Assembly (NCBI GenBank): GCA_017499595.2 | Contig: CM039010.1 | Span: 868,001-932,000, forward strand | Direction: 5' to 3' | Length of the DNA: 64,000 nucleotides | Source: Psilocybe cubensis | Lineage: Eukaryota | Part shown: one piece after another, positions 50,421-62,638 of the stretch | How the letters are laid out: each line of letters begins with the position of its first letter | Position numbering within the stretch: the first letter of the stretch is position 1 | Notes under the pieces: model-generated | Database searches by the model: none | Seen by the model: only the letters and a program-made list of their open reading frames with translations | What the model was told of the DNA's origin: nothing | Position numbers and translations under genes: made by a program

Positions 50421-52169
50421 ATGCCAGGCCACCTTCTAGAACAAGGTACTGGCAGCGAGACATTGCTTCAGAAGTTAGCCTCCCGGGAAACGATAATTCT
50501 AGCTGACACGCTGCACCTGGAAAGTAAGCTAAAGAGACGACAGTTATGAACGAACTATGGACCTTAATTTACCGTCTCTTCTGTATTTATAGCGCTTTCG
50601 ATGAACGATCCTGATGGAACAATGCTCAGCTTACAGGCAATACTTCAGGCGGTCGCCGAGAAAAACCTGGATTATCATGTCTGGGCGGCCACTAAGATTG
50701 TGTTGGACAGGTGGCACAAGTCGGTGTTGGCGTCTTTCGTTTGTTGGACAAACTTAATGCTTCTGTAGAGAAAAGTCAGCGACCAACGCGACCCGTACCA
50801 GAAAAGAACATGTTCTGAGGGTCCTTGAACAACTGGTGAGGCTGAATCCGGACCGAAATCTTAAAGTTTACTCTGGCTTTTTCCAACTGAATGCCTCGTG
50901 TATTCCATGCAGTTCGTCGAACTTGGAATGGAAATGCGTGCCCGCGTCCCTGGGCCGCACATTTCTTTAATCGATCCCCGAATCCACAACGATGCAGAAG
51001 CATTAGTAGCAAGTGTACAACGAACGTATGCCCTGTTCAAGGAAAAGGGTGTGCAGAAGAAAGACATCATGGTCAGCGTGAGTATCTGTTCTGTGTTTAA
51101 AGCCTACCTAACTGCGTCCGGGGTCTGAGTCGGAATTATTCGGCAGATACCCGCGACTGAAGATGGTATGCATGCCACCAAGAGACTTCAGTCGATGGAC
51201 TACGAGAATAAGATCAATCTCTACTTAGTGAGCAGCTTGAAGCATGCTGAAGCCTGTGTAGCGGCGAACTCCACGATGATAACAGTGCCCGTGGGACCCG
51301 TGAGTGCAATCGCTTTGTATCCTTGAGCGCGCGGGCACGCCGAGTGCCCCGACTAATTGTGTTAAAAATAGGTCCTTAAATCTTTTGAGGATAAACAACA
51401 AGGTATCAGAAATATGTCAAGTTGTCAGGGAGGAATTGAAGAAATCCAGTCAATGTTCGAATACCTCAACAGGACAGAAATAAGAACCAGAGCAATCGCC
51501 ACCTCGTTTCGAAATGTCAGGGCGCTTCTAACCTCTTTCAAATTAAATGTTGATCTATGTTTTTTTCGGCTTTCTGACGTCCAGATGTCAGAGGTAGGGC
51601 AGTTAAGCGAATGTTTTGCTGTATGCGTTTCGCCAGAGCAGGTAGAACGATTAAAAGGCGGTGCTCGTGTTCCCATCGCTTTGGTGAAGGGACCAAATAA
51701 TATTGACAAACAGCGTGGCCAAGACGCGAATCCGGTAAATATTCTAACACGAGGTGGTGCACTAGGCTTCTCTGGGACAACAAGAAGTGCGATTAATAGT
51801 GTCCTTTTCCACGGACTGCAAACGATGAAGCGCCAGATGGACATTATAGAACAATACGTGGAGTTGGAGTTCGTCAGGCAGTTTGAGTTCCATGCATTAG
51901 ACCTAAGCAAGTTTTACAACCTCCATCAAGAAGTACGAAATATCCTTTTGTGGCGAGCGCCAAAGAATACCACGAAAAGCAATAGTACCAGGTTGCGAAT
52001 TACTTTCCAGGGAACACCCAAAGGTCCTACCACAGGGAGTCCTAGTGCCAATACTCAGTCCAAAAATGGGCGGAGCGAAGCCGGCAATTTGAAAGAGGTT
52101 TCAAGGGAATGGTGTTTTAGAGCGCCTGCAGAAGAAGAGGACGATGATGACTTGGATGAAGTATTCTGA
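50421..52169 (+). CDS. Divergent transaldolase-fold protein, probably catalytically inactive, multi-exon
   Basis: Segments align by eye to transaldolase: IILADT; IDPRIHNDAEALVASVQRTYALFKEKGVQKKDIMVS|IPATEDG; INLYLVSSLKHAEACVAANSTMITVPVG; TRAIATSFRN. Confidence 0.75.
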
Positions 52170-53433
52170 ATATCACGCTTGCAATGACATTCCATCCTGT
52201 TCCATCACACCAAATGGAAAAATCCAATAAGCCATAGAAACTTTGTTTTGTGAGAAATTCGGTCATGACCCTCACACACACACATGCAAGTGCAACAGAT
52301 TTATCTTTTGAATATAATCGGATTGTCCCGCCTACGGTTGGTCGGCATTTGGCACATGGCGTTGTGACGATTCGATTTTTGTGATAAACACAAAACGACC
52401 GCAACTATTCCCTTGTCATGCACGGGGCTTGTGCGATTAAACTGACGTCGCCACAGGCTACCTCTGTCGGGGACAAGGTGGGAAGTCTAAAGCCAGCATT
52501 GTCGTTTGCCATAAAAGTCAAATTATAACGTCGAAGCATAGATTCCCTGGTCTTGGCGTGTGGAACATCGACGACCGCCGGAAAATAGCTGCAATGTCTG
52601 AAGGTTGTCATGATGGAGATCACATTGTACTCGTGACGCAAAATCGAAGGACAGACGGTAGCCTCAGGAGTCCTGAAGGCTGAAAAAAGCAAGTGCCCAG
52701 GAGAATTGTCTGAGTCATAACGACGTATCCGTTGGCGATATCTCAGACGAGCAAAGACCGTAGTTCTGTTTCGTAGAAGCAGTGTTTCCCAGTAAGTTGA
52801 GTTTCTCGGAGTCGTTGTGTTGCATATAAAGATCCGATCTTGTTAGTCCAGGGGTAGATGACAGCCATTGAATTGGAAAGGCGATATACGTAGTATTGCA
52901 TCTCGGAAGTTCAATCATCCATTCCAAAGGCACCGGACGAGGCTGACTGCTGAGTGTAGATAAGCGGAACAAAGATGTGAGTAGTGTTTTTGAGCTGCGT
53001 GTAGGCCGGTGAAATCGTAAGAAAATACTGCATCGAGTGTCGGAAGAAACAAAGTGATGGTACTGCCTCGGAACCCCTTTGATCTTTAGACTCGGCATTC
53101 GGCCGTCTTCGGCCCGTGCCAGAACGAGTGCCACCTCGGTTTTAACACTGAACAGTCCCCTAAGACCTCATCACAAACACAATAACGACGTATCTCAACG
53201 CGCCTGCGCTATCTGACGTACTATATAACCTAAACAGAGCTAATATGCACTACCAGAAAAAATACCAGCCTCTAAAGCAACCTGCAATTCCTTGTTGGCG
53301 CCTTATCGGAGTTCGGATCGGATTTAACTTGGAATCAATTTTATTTTTGGTCCAGCAAATTCAAGATCCTAACTGATACGACGATATACCACGGTCCCTT
53401 TCAATACCTGACACTGGAAAGTACGTTTATACC

Positions 53434-54615
53434 ATGAGCAACCGACTTTCATCCAAGGAGGATTATGAGAAGCTTTTGGACAGCTATGATACATGGCTAT
53501 TTGACTGCGACGGTGTTCTATGGCGCGGAGATCATCTGATAGAAGGAGTCGTTGAGGTTTTAGATATCCTAAGGCGTCGAAGTGAGTACTGGACTCCTTA
53601 TCTTAATGGTCAATCATTAACATACATGTCCATTTGAGATAAGAAGATAGTCTTTGTCACGAACAATGCCACGAAATCTAGGAAGAGCTACAAGACCAAA
53701 TTTGACCAACTAGGGGTTGAATCTCATGTCGTGAGTATGAGAGCAGTCCTATGAACTTTCCATTCAATTCATTGATCTGTATATTTTTTAGGACGAAATT
53801 TATGGATCGGCTTATGCCGCTGCTGTTTACCTGTCTTCAGTTGTCAAAATCCCGAAGACCAAAAAGGTCTATGTTATTGGTCAAGGAGGATTAGAAGAAG
53901 AACTTCGGGACGAGGGTGTAAACTTCATTGGCGGCACGGTCATTATATTAAATTTCCCGACATAGCTCATATTCACATCTCTGACTATCTAGGATCCCGC
54001 GGACAATACGCTCGCACCATTCAGTCTGGGCGACTTCGTTCTTGATCCCGATGTGGCCGCCGTTGTCTGTGGCCTGGATACACAGATAAATTATACGAAG
54101 CTCTCAAAGGCCTTTCAATATTTAACTCGGAACCCAGACTGTCTTTTCATTGCGACAAATGAGGATAGCACATATCCTAGCGCACACGGCTTACTTCCAG
54201 GAGCAGGTTCCATCAGCGCACCCTTGAGATTTTCTCTTGGTAGAAGCCCTGTCTGCACAGGAAAACCGTCAAATACCATGCTAGATTGTGTCAAAGCTAA
54301 GTTGGTCACCAGTTTCCCTGCTGCGATGAATGATTCAATTAACGATCGTGGTTAGAGTGCACTTTAATCCCGAAAGGACAATCATGGTCGGCGATAGACT
54401 AAACACAGACATTCTCTTCGGGAAAAACGGCGGGTTAGCAACACTGCTCGTTCTCACAGGTTTGAAACACTTCGTACACTTACTTAGTCTAGTACTTTTT
54501 GTTGATGATTCATATAGGGATAACGCGGGAAGATGAAATTTCCGGACCCAGCGCTTCGCCAATTGTTCCAGATTTTGTAACGGAGTCCTTAGGCGACTTG
54601 CGTGCTGTGCTATGA
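53434..54615 (+). CDS. PHO13: HAD-IIA 4-nitrophenylphosphatase / phosphoglycolate phosphatase, multi-exon
   Basis: Motifs [31 protein letters not shown] and [13 protein letters not shown]. Confidence 0.9.
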
Positions 54616-54701
54616 AAGAGTACCAGAGCATTGTACGAACTTAGAGCGGCTAGTTGTAGAACGTTTAGATAGAGTGGGCACAGATGTCCAAGATCGATCA
54701 T

Positions 54702-55855
54702 TTATTCTGATTTTTCTAAGCTGTCTTGTGCCCGTCTGTGATCTTCGGCGAGCTGTACAACGATGCTAACGGTAAGCGCTGATAATGTTGCGATGATGTA
54801 ACCTGCAATGGCACCGAATGCGGGGGTTAAGGGCCAGGCCTATGAAATCAGAGTTGGGATTACGACACTTTAAAGAGACATATTTGCATGAGACCAACCT
54901 GCCACGGGCGAATCCAGTCAAGAGCGAGAGGAATGATGCCAAGCCAGCAACCAACGACTGTCCCAACCTCAGAGTAAACAAAGTTGCGTTCAACAGGATT
55001 CCGGACTCTGTAGCACGCGGTCAGGAACACGAATGGGCAACGACTTGGCCGACTCACTGGAACTCTGTGAACAATCTGACCCATGTCCACCTATTAACGA
55101 TAGACGCGGAATTATTGCCCGTGATTGAAATCCCAATGGTGTAAGCAGGGGGGTAGACCGTTATTATAGATATCAAAAGGGAAAGAAGGTATGTTTTCAA
55201 GACCAGACTGCAAAAAAGAATTCCACGGTGAGCTTTCATCTATCCAAGACCAAAAATAACGCCCAAACCTTGTGATAGGTGCTCCAAATAATATTAGGAT
55301 AAAGTGAATAAAAAAAGAGGCCGCTATGGTCGCAGCGCAGGCGTTCCGGGTTATCTATTGCTCCAACTCAGACCTCGTCGAAAATTAGACGATAATAGGT
55401 GTAAGGTCACGCACCGTGAATTTCTGACGATTGAGTAGCGCTATTTCTGTCCGTCTTTCATCTTCTGAGCCGCGGACTCCCAGCTTCAGCCACCAGTCTC
55501 TCATCGTACCGGCCCACATCATCTGAAGAATAGCGGCTCCCAGGCAAATGTAAATCAAAGTCGACGCAGGATTGACGGTCAACGCATCGAGGAAAGGATG
55601 CTGTGGCTGATCAAGAGAAACTTGGTTCTGTTCGCCCCATTCCAAGTCGACTAGCTCCCCTAGAAAAAACTTTGTCCGTGGGAGATAGAGCGCGACGAAC
55701 ATCCAAAGCGTAGTGTGGACGCCAACTTTGGAGATATACGAAGTCATCGGCATGGCCAGAGGTGCGTATACACCTAGATCCTTGGAGTTTGGGACATTCT
55801 TGGTTACACTCGGCGGTGTCTTTTTGGCATTCACCTTGCGTTTGCTGTTTGTCAT
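54702..55855 (-). CDS. GPI11: GPI biosynthesis protein PIG-F/Gpi11, multi-exon
   Basis: ILFGAP, VGTVVGCWLGIIPLALDWIRPWQ|AWPLTPAFGAIAGY, and an N-terminal DQPQHPFLDALT. Confidence 0.85.
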
Positions 55856-58800
55856 GAGAGGACAAGCCAGTGACGACTGCGACGGAGGTGAATGCGTGGA
55901 TGACGTAATCAACGAATTGATGCCCGGCCCGGCATCTGTTTTGGAATGTACCCGGGGAAGTTGCAAAGGTTCTTTTCACCACTCATGGCGCACTGAGAAT
56001 GCTCTGTGTTCTCCGTTTCTTGGAACGTTTGCCCTATGTGTATGACTGAGGGAGTCCTCTTTGACTCTACTTCGAAATTACTTCCCTTCCATTCCTTCCC
56101 CTTGATCCTGTTTACCCACCTTCGCCGGCCAGTACGCTCAAAAGTCAACGAGGTGTTTACATGGACATGACCGTGCCTCTTCCTTAATTGAATGTCTCAG
56201 AGGGGACAGCTAAATCGGAACTGTCATATCGTTCTATGTGTTCTAGACATGCGGCGTCGGTGTTTCTAACCCTTCATGTCTAGTGTCCAGTAACCTTTTG
56301 CCTTTGCAAGCCTTTGCATCTTTCTCCGTCCTCCCACTCGACTGCCCACTGTTCTGGGATGTATGATGCGCAGTCTGATATGTTCTCGGTGTTATCCCGG
56401 TCTGGAAGGAATGCTTCTCTCTTATCAGCTTTTTAGTTGCTAAAATAACGGCCAATCGTGAAGTCCTTCGAAACCCAACTTGGCTAACTGTTCACTATTG
56501 CGATTTTGCAGTCTTTCCTGCGCAAGCTTTCGATACGCACCGCCCCCTATGTTCATTTTTTCTGTTGTACTTAGACTGATACGCACGTTCCGCCTGGTTG
56601 TTCATATATTATCTCAGATAGTACTCTGGCAAAATCCCACAGCAAAATAGAGGCAAAGCTCGAGACTCCACATAGAACCTCAATGCAAAAATCAATCATT
56701 CATTTGAGCTCTTGTTTGATGTCGATGTTAATGCGGAAACGACTGATGTAGCTTACCAAACTGGTGGTCAAAGTTCAATCCTAGACCCAAGGCGTATAAG
56801 TTGTGGCGCAACAAAATCAATCGCCCACGATTTAATGACTCCAACAGTAGGTAGTCAGTTTTCCTGCTTCAAACTATTTTTGCCCCAGATACTTGTTATC
56901 AAGGTGCGGTAATTAACAGGATATCTTCAGAACTTGGAAGGAACTCCTGCCCACTACTACGGAAGGAATCACAGAGAATAACTATAACAGTGGCAAGGGG
57001 GGAGATATGTTGTACCAATGAGGTAGTTGTTCACAGCCTCATTGATGATACCTGTTTCTTCGGTTGTTTGTTCAAAGTGATGATCTTGGGCAGAAAATAG
57101 CTTGCTAGGCACGTTCCAGTGGTCGTTTGTTTTTGGTTGAAGCTTGACACCTGTTTGGGAACAGATCGCCTGCAACTATTGAAAAAATTCAACTCATTTC
57201 CCCACGCCGCAAGATGAAAAGGACACATGAAACAGCGGACATTGCTTTTCAAATTTGGTCTATTAAAGTAGCTAAAATTTCTTGCATCGCCTGTCATACT
57301 TCTTTAGTTGCGAAAACAGCCTGGCTTGCGTGCTATGACGGTTAGAAAATTTAAAGTTGATTCAACCGGAACAGCACTAAACACCGTATCTCCTTAAACA
57401 AGAGTTGTCAAAGGTACTTCCCGTTTCTGAAGAATACCGTTGTATTCAGATGTGCAATTGATATGGCTCTTGTTCGTCCATGTTATTACCAATCAAAGAA
57501 CTGAGTTCAGAACTGAGTTGGTAGGCTCTTGGGAGGTAGCGGCAAGTTTAATCTAATGCAAATTGGCTCTATTTTAGCCGTTTGGAATACTATGCAGATG
57601 TCCATATGATACACGAAGAAATAGGGGCTGTTCTACTCAACCATGGTCCGTATTTTAACATGTGCTCCAAGTCAGGGTTAATATGTATAGAAAGTGCGGA
57701 AAAACTGATTGTGTGACTCTACATACTTAAATACGGCTATTTGCATTTGGGAATGTGCACGAACTATGTAAGTGAGTAGAATGTATGTAGTAAGACGGTC
57801 TGAGTCAGGTTCTCACCGACCAAACTTCTTTAGCCATCATAATCTGAATGTGATCGTTGAATTATGAGCGGTGGTATCAATTTTCTCTAGTTGAATAAAG
57901 CAGGCTGCAGTTATTGGTGCTCCGGCGCCTAGACATGAACAAACGGTGTACAGCATATCGTAGTGATATACTAGTCACTAAGCAGCCTCTTGCGCCCCGC
58001 CGCATCGAGATCTGAGTAAGCGCCGTGGTTGCAGCACTCTCACTGTCAGTGATAGTAAGCGCTCGCGCATCGCACATGACCAGGGACAAAAGTTAGAAAA
58101 TGGAATCGATGACTCGGTGAAACGCTTTTCGAGACAATTTTCTCATAGCAAAAGTAATCAGTCTGTCTGAGTCACAAGGAGTAGATACTCACACGAAATA
58201 ACTTTTCACCATTTTGCCTCGGGTCCTGACCAGGTCCGTTTTGTCCATAGACGAATGTTTTAGACTGGTTATTAGTAATAGATATTAAGCTAAGTCTTGT
58301 CGCCCGGCCTGATGTTTCTAAAAATGATAGGAACAATGCATTCTCAGGACACCATTAGAAAAACGGCTATCAAGTCTCTTGCTTCTTTCCCTGTCCTAGG
58401 ATAGTTGGGAGTCATTGCCTGCATTCAGCTCGCATGATAGAAGACGAGACCATGTACACCCCTGAGTGTCGGTTGTCCGGACCTTGTGTTTCCAACAATC
58501 GACGATGAAATCGGAACTTCTCAAACCTATTGGTCAATACCGATACCAGGGAACGCCATTCATCTTGTCCGTTTCCATATTATTAATAGCAATAAGGAAT
58601 GTACTGCCTTTTGAAGTGGCTTCTATCTGGCTGCCTTGTCGCATTAGTACTCTCGCAATGATAGCAATCTATTACTACTACTAGTATCCGTATTTCTCCA
58701 AAAACTTGGAAAATATTAAAATCCGTTGACAGGAAAAAATGCCAAAATCTTAATGTTTATTTCATGTTTTCAATCACTGTGCAAATATCGTTAGAAGGAG

Positions 58801-59032
58801 AGCTCCAAACCTCTCAAGACAAGCCAAAGGTACCAAGACGACATTGCCAAGACCACTAACGCCAGCGACGCGACCAAAATGATGGTATTTGTTCTTGTTA
58901 TCATGACGCGTCAACTCAGAAGAGCACGTGCACTGTGAGGCTTCGGAAGTTGCCGTGGTCCTATCCAGTTTTACAGCCACACAAGCATGTGTATTATTGG
59001 TCCGCCATCGCCATCGCCATCCTCAAGACAAG

Positions 59033-59323
59033 GTAAGGAAATTATTGCATTTTTGAACCATGCAGCTCACTGACCCTGTATTTGCAGGTAACCGCACTAT
59101 GTGAGTAACATCCCGCTTGTTTGGCGTCATTCCGTGCACTTGGTGGAATTCTATGGCGGTTTGGGCTGGAAGGTCAAATTTTGGGATGGTTAGGGTCTGG
59201 AGATGGAAATGGAACTGCAGATGACGGATTTGAGAGGAGATGGGAGGTCGGGGGATCGGTTCATCACGGCGCATGTTGAGTGCAAAGTTTAGAGTTACTG
59301 ACGCACTTTGTTTTTGTCTGTAG
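59033..59323 (+). other. 5'-UTR introns of RPL34 (59033-59087 and 59101-59323) around a 13-nt non-coding mini-exon
   Basis: GTAAGG...ctgac...TGCAG and GTGAGT...ctgac...TGTAG, the second ending 8 nt before the ATG. Confidence 0.6.
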
Positions 59324-59331
59324 CTTCAGCA

Positions 59332-59787
59332 ATGGCTCAACGTGTTACCCTCCGCAAGCGCAAGTCGTACAACACCACCTCTAACCGCAGACGCGTGATT
59401 AAGACTCCCGGAGGCAAACTCGTTTACCACCACCTTAAAAAGCTCGGCTCTGCCCCCAAATGCGGTGACTGCGGTATCGCCCTTCCCGGTGTATGTTGTA
59501 CAACCTTTGGTGGAGCATACGATATATTCATTATTGAGTGTATAGGTCCCCGCCCTCCGCCCCCGTGAATATGCCACCATCTCCAAGCGCCAGAAGACTG
59601 TGCAGCGTGCTTATGGTGGATCAAGATGCGGTGACTGCGTCAAGTCCCGGTAAGCCTTGGTGTCTGCCCTAATGCTCCTCGATCCCGATCTAATATGCTA
59701 CATAGCATTCTCCGTGCTTTCCTGGTGGAGGAGGCCAAGATTGTGAAGAAGGTTATCAAGTCGCAGGAGAAGACTGCCCGCAAGTAA
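59332..59787 (+). CDS. RPL34: 60S ribosomal protein eL34, 3 coding exons
   Basis: MAQRVTLRKRKSYNTTSNRRRVIKTPGGKL...KCGDCG...[31 protein letters not shown]. Confidence 0.97.
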
Positions 59788-60543
59788 ACACTTGTTGTAC
59801 TCGGAGGTTTCTTCTATGATTTTATCGCATCCATGTATTCACGATTCCAAAACATTCGCCGATGACGCAGTATGCTGTTAATATGCATTACCAAATCTTG
59901 TTGGACTACATCCAGGCGACTTTTCGTCCTCATTGTATCATTGCCTTTGAATTGCAATTGAACGTGAAGAACTTCCGCTATCCCTCGACGTGTCTTTTTC
60001 GATTAGCTCAAATTTCGCCAATCAGATGACTGCTATGCAGTCATGGTATACTGAATCTAAGTTGTGTCTTCTCAAAGTTTTCTAGACGCTCAAATTGCAA
60101 CTAAAGTATAGTGGGCAGGATCTTTGAGTCCCCTCTTTCATTATTGTGCCGTCTTCTTTGACCGGCACCTGTTGTCAATCAGGCCTCGAGTCCCGACGAT
60201 GTTCCTTTTCTCTCTGCTAATGACTTTTTTTGGTGAATGGTGCATCTGCTGGGTGTCAAAATGATCAACGGTTCTTTGTCTTCATCAATCTAACAGTCGT
60301 TGAGTTGGCGATTCACAAATAGCATGTAGATGGAAGCAACTAATAAACAAACAACAGATGATGCACATCCTTCTCGACAGACGACCCTTTCATCAGCATC
60401 CTTTCATCAACCATAACCTCCAGAGAGTTATCCTGCCCAACCACCAGCTCCACAGAGGTCCGTCGGTGAAAACTTCGACCCTTGAATGTATTGTTGTCTG
60501 AGCCTTCTTCCTTACTTCTTCCCACCTTCACGTTCTCAGGGAT

Positions 60544-62277
60544 ATGTCTATCCAACGATGGTCAACTGAAATGCTGGTTATGCTCTCGGCTCATATTGGG
60601 CATGAGGATATGTCGGTCACAAATCTTGCGATGACTTGCAAGAGCATCTACAACGCTCTGATTCAAGTTATTCTCGTCGACGAGGTCTGCTACATGGAAA
60701 AGATGATGCAGGCAGGCAAGCTTATCTTGACCAACGATAATGGGCGCATTTACCGTATACCGCCCGAGAACCCCGAAAATTTTTACAACACCCTCTTCAA
60801 AACCATATTTATCGAGCTCCCGGACGTCGACAAGGATCTTCGATGCCTTAACAGACTCATTGTGCGGGCAAAGAAAGTGGATTTGATCAAGCTTCAATTA
60901 AAATCTTATGGATCCCGGCTGCCACCCAGAAGTCGGGCGCGCAAATTGGCGACAATTTTCAACATCTGCGTTGAAAAGGACGCGGATGTAGAGATCAAGG
61001 GATATCCGCGCGACTGGGAATATGAACCAGGACCATTTTCACTAATAGTCGTAGAGGAATCTGGGGGGCGTCGCAATTCTCGTCACTTGGACACCAGACG
61101 CCGCTCTAGTCAACATTACAGTGTTTCCGTACTCAGTGCAGCAAACCGTCGCCGGAAAACAAATCCATTGATGGCCTTACAGCGTACGCTTGACGTGATT
61201 CTACTGGCGAAAGAGTCATTTTCCAGCCAAATAACAGCCTCCTCGACTGTTCCCCCGTCTGTGCTGGTCAGCATGAGGAAGCCAAAATACGAAGTTCCAC
61301 TTGTAGGCGAACCGAGGGCGACCGGCATAGTTTTTTCAAGCACCATCCCATTCCGAGCTTCATTTGCACGATCCACATTTTCTATGCTCAAAAGTCCACA
61401 TCTAACCAACTTGGTCTTCTACAACGTCAATCTGTCTGAGTATGAGTGGTCTGTCATTCTAGCGCGTATAGATCTCCCCGCACTATCCAACTTCATCACT
61501 GTGGACGAAACAATTGCGTACCCTGACCTACGGAAGTTCCTTGCCAGGCATCCTCGCATCACAGGCCTCAACTTGTCTGGGTGTTTATACCAGAACTCTG
61601 AAATCGTGTTCGAGCTACCGATAAAAGGTATAGGCAGAAGGTTCTTGCCTGAGTTGGATTATTTGAAAGGAAAACCTCAGTACCTAACAGCATTTATGCG
61701 TGGCGGCGGTGGCCGATTTCCGAAACTGATGGTAGTAGACGTTCGCCTGACAAAGGACAAGGGAGAGAAATTCATAGACGTCGGCAAAAAGGATACACAA
61801 CGGTTCTTCGAGGCGTTAGCGCGTTTTGGACCTCATAAACTTATTTTGCGCGTCGAGTGCCTCCAGTCGACCAACCTTGTCGGCTGGCTCGCGGATTGGA
61901 ATGAAAGTCATTCGCGCTTCCGGATACGCCGCCCACGTTCGTTGCCCTCCATTCATAAACTCATCATCGGAGAATCTGGTTTTACTGTACCCCTAGAGCT
62001 ACTAGAGAAAGTTGCCGCTTCCAATAATGCCGCCAGCAGAGGTCCTCCTGAAGTCGACGACGAAAAAATTGTGAAGACATATTTGTGGAGAAAGTGTCCC
62101 AATTTACAGGAAATCACATATAGTTTCATACGCTTCGTCAGTTCTTGTTTTATTCCCTCTTTCGTTGGCTTACAGGTTTTTACGTTTACAGGGAGCGCAT
62201 TGTACGCTCAAAAGACCAGTGAATTGACCAGGGATTTTGTCACATTAATTTGTGCATGGCAGCTGCAATCGTTATAA
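60544..62277 (+). CDS. F-box/RNI-like LRR protein (3' end may be spliced differently)
   Basis: 577-aa ORF with a degenerate F-box N-terminus (STEMLVMLSAHI...LAMTCKSIY) and LxxLxL repeats (LTNLVF, LPALSNF, ITGLNLSG, LPELDYL, CPNLQEI). Confidence 0.7.
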   Translation: MSIQRWSTEMLVMLSAHIGHEDMSVTNLAMTCKSIYNALIQVILVDEVCYMEKMMQAGKLILTNDNGRIYRIPPENPENFYNTLFKTIFIELPDVDKDLRCLNRLIVRAKKVDLIKLQLKSYGSRLPPRSRARKLATIFNICVEKDADVEIKGYPRDWEYEPGPFSLIVVEESGGRRNSRHLDTRRRSSQHYSVSVLSAANRRRKTNPLMALQRTLDVILLAKESFSSQITASSTVPPSVLVSMRKPKYEVPLVGEPRATGIVFSSTIPFRASFARSTFSMLKSPHLTNLVFYNVNLSEYEWSVILARIDLPALSNFITVDETIAYPDLRKFLARHPRITGLNLSGCLYQNSEIVFELPIKGIGRRFLPELDYLKGKPQYLTAFMRGGGGRFPKLMVVDVRLTKDKGEKFIDVGKKDTQRFFEALARFGPHKLILRVECLQSTNLVGWLADWNESHSRFRIRRPRSLPSIHKLIIGESGFTVPLELLEKVAASNNAASRGPPEVDDEKIVKTYLWRKCPNLQEITYSFIRFVSSCFIPSFVGLQVFTFTGSALYAQKTSELTRDFVTLICAWQLQSL

Positions 62278-62638
62278 TAGTTTAAATTTACTAATAGTTA
62301 TTCTCAAGCCTGTTTTGATATACTTGTAGTTCAACACGACCATTAATACATGTCCAAAGCGTCGCACTAATTAACGTCCCATGTTGATGCCTTGTTGACT
62401 CTTTTTGACCTTGAGCTTGAGCGGTCAAGTCATCGGATGACAAATAAGCGCAAAGTGCTAAGCAACGGGATCATTGAACATTCAACGTTGTCAACTGGGA
62501 CTAGTTTCATCCCTTCACCTGTTATTAATTATCACTTGTGCGCTGCGATTTCACAATCCGCCCCCGTTTCTTGCTTCGTGGTAGAGACCTCTGCACGACC
62601 AGACACATTCCCGCCATCACCTCAGGATATCTCACAAA

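Noticed and set aside
49946-50506. 186-aa ORF between the bZIP and transaldolase-like genes
   Set aside because: Atypical composition and out-of-frame overlap with the transaldolase-like first exon; likely spurious
54895-54925. GPI11 motif reads LDWIRPWQ instead of the usual LDWDRPWQ
   Set aside because: A single substitution or sequencing error in an otherwise intact gene; not enough to infer loss of function
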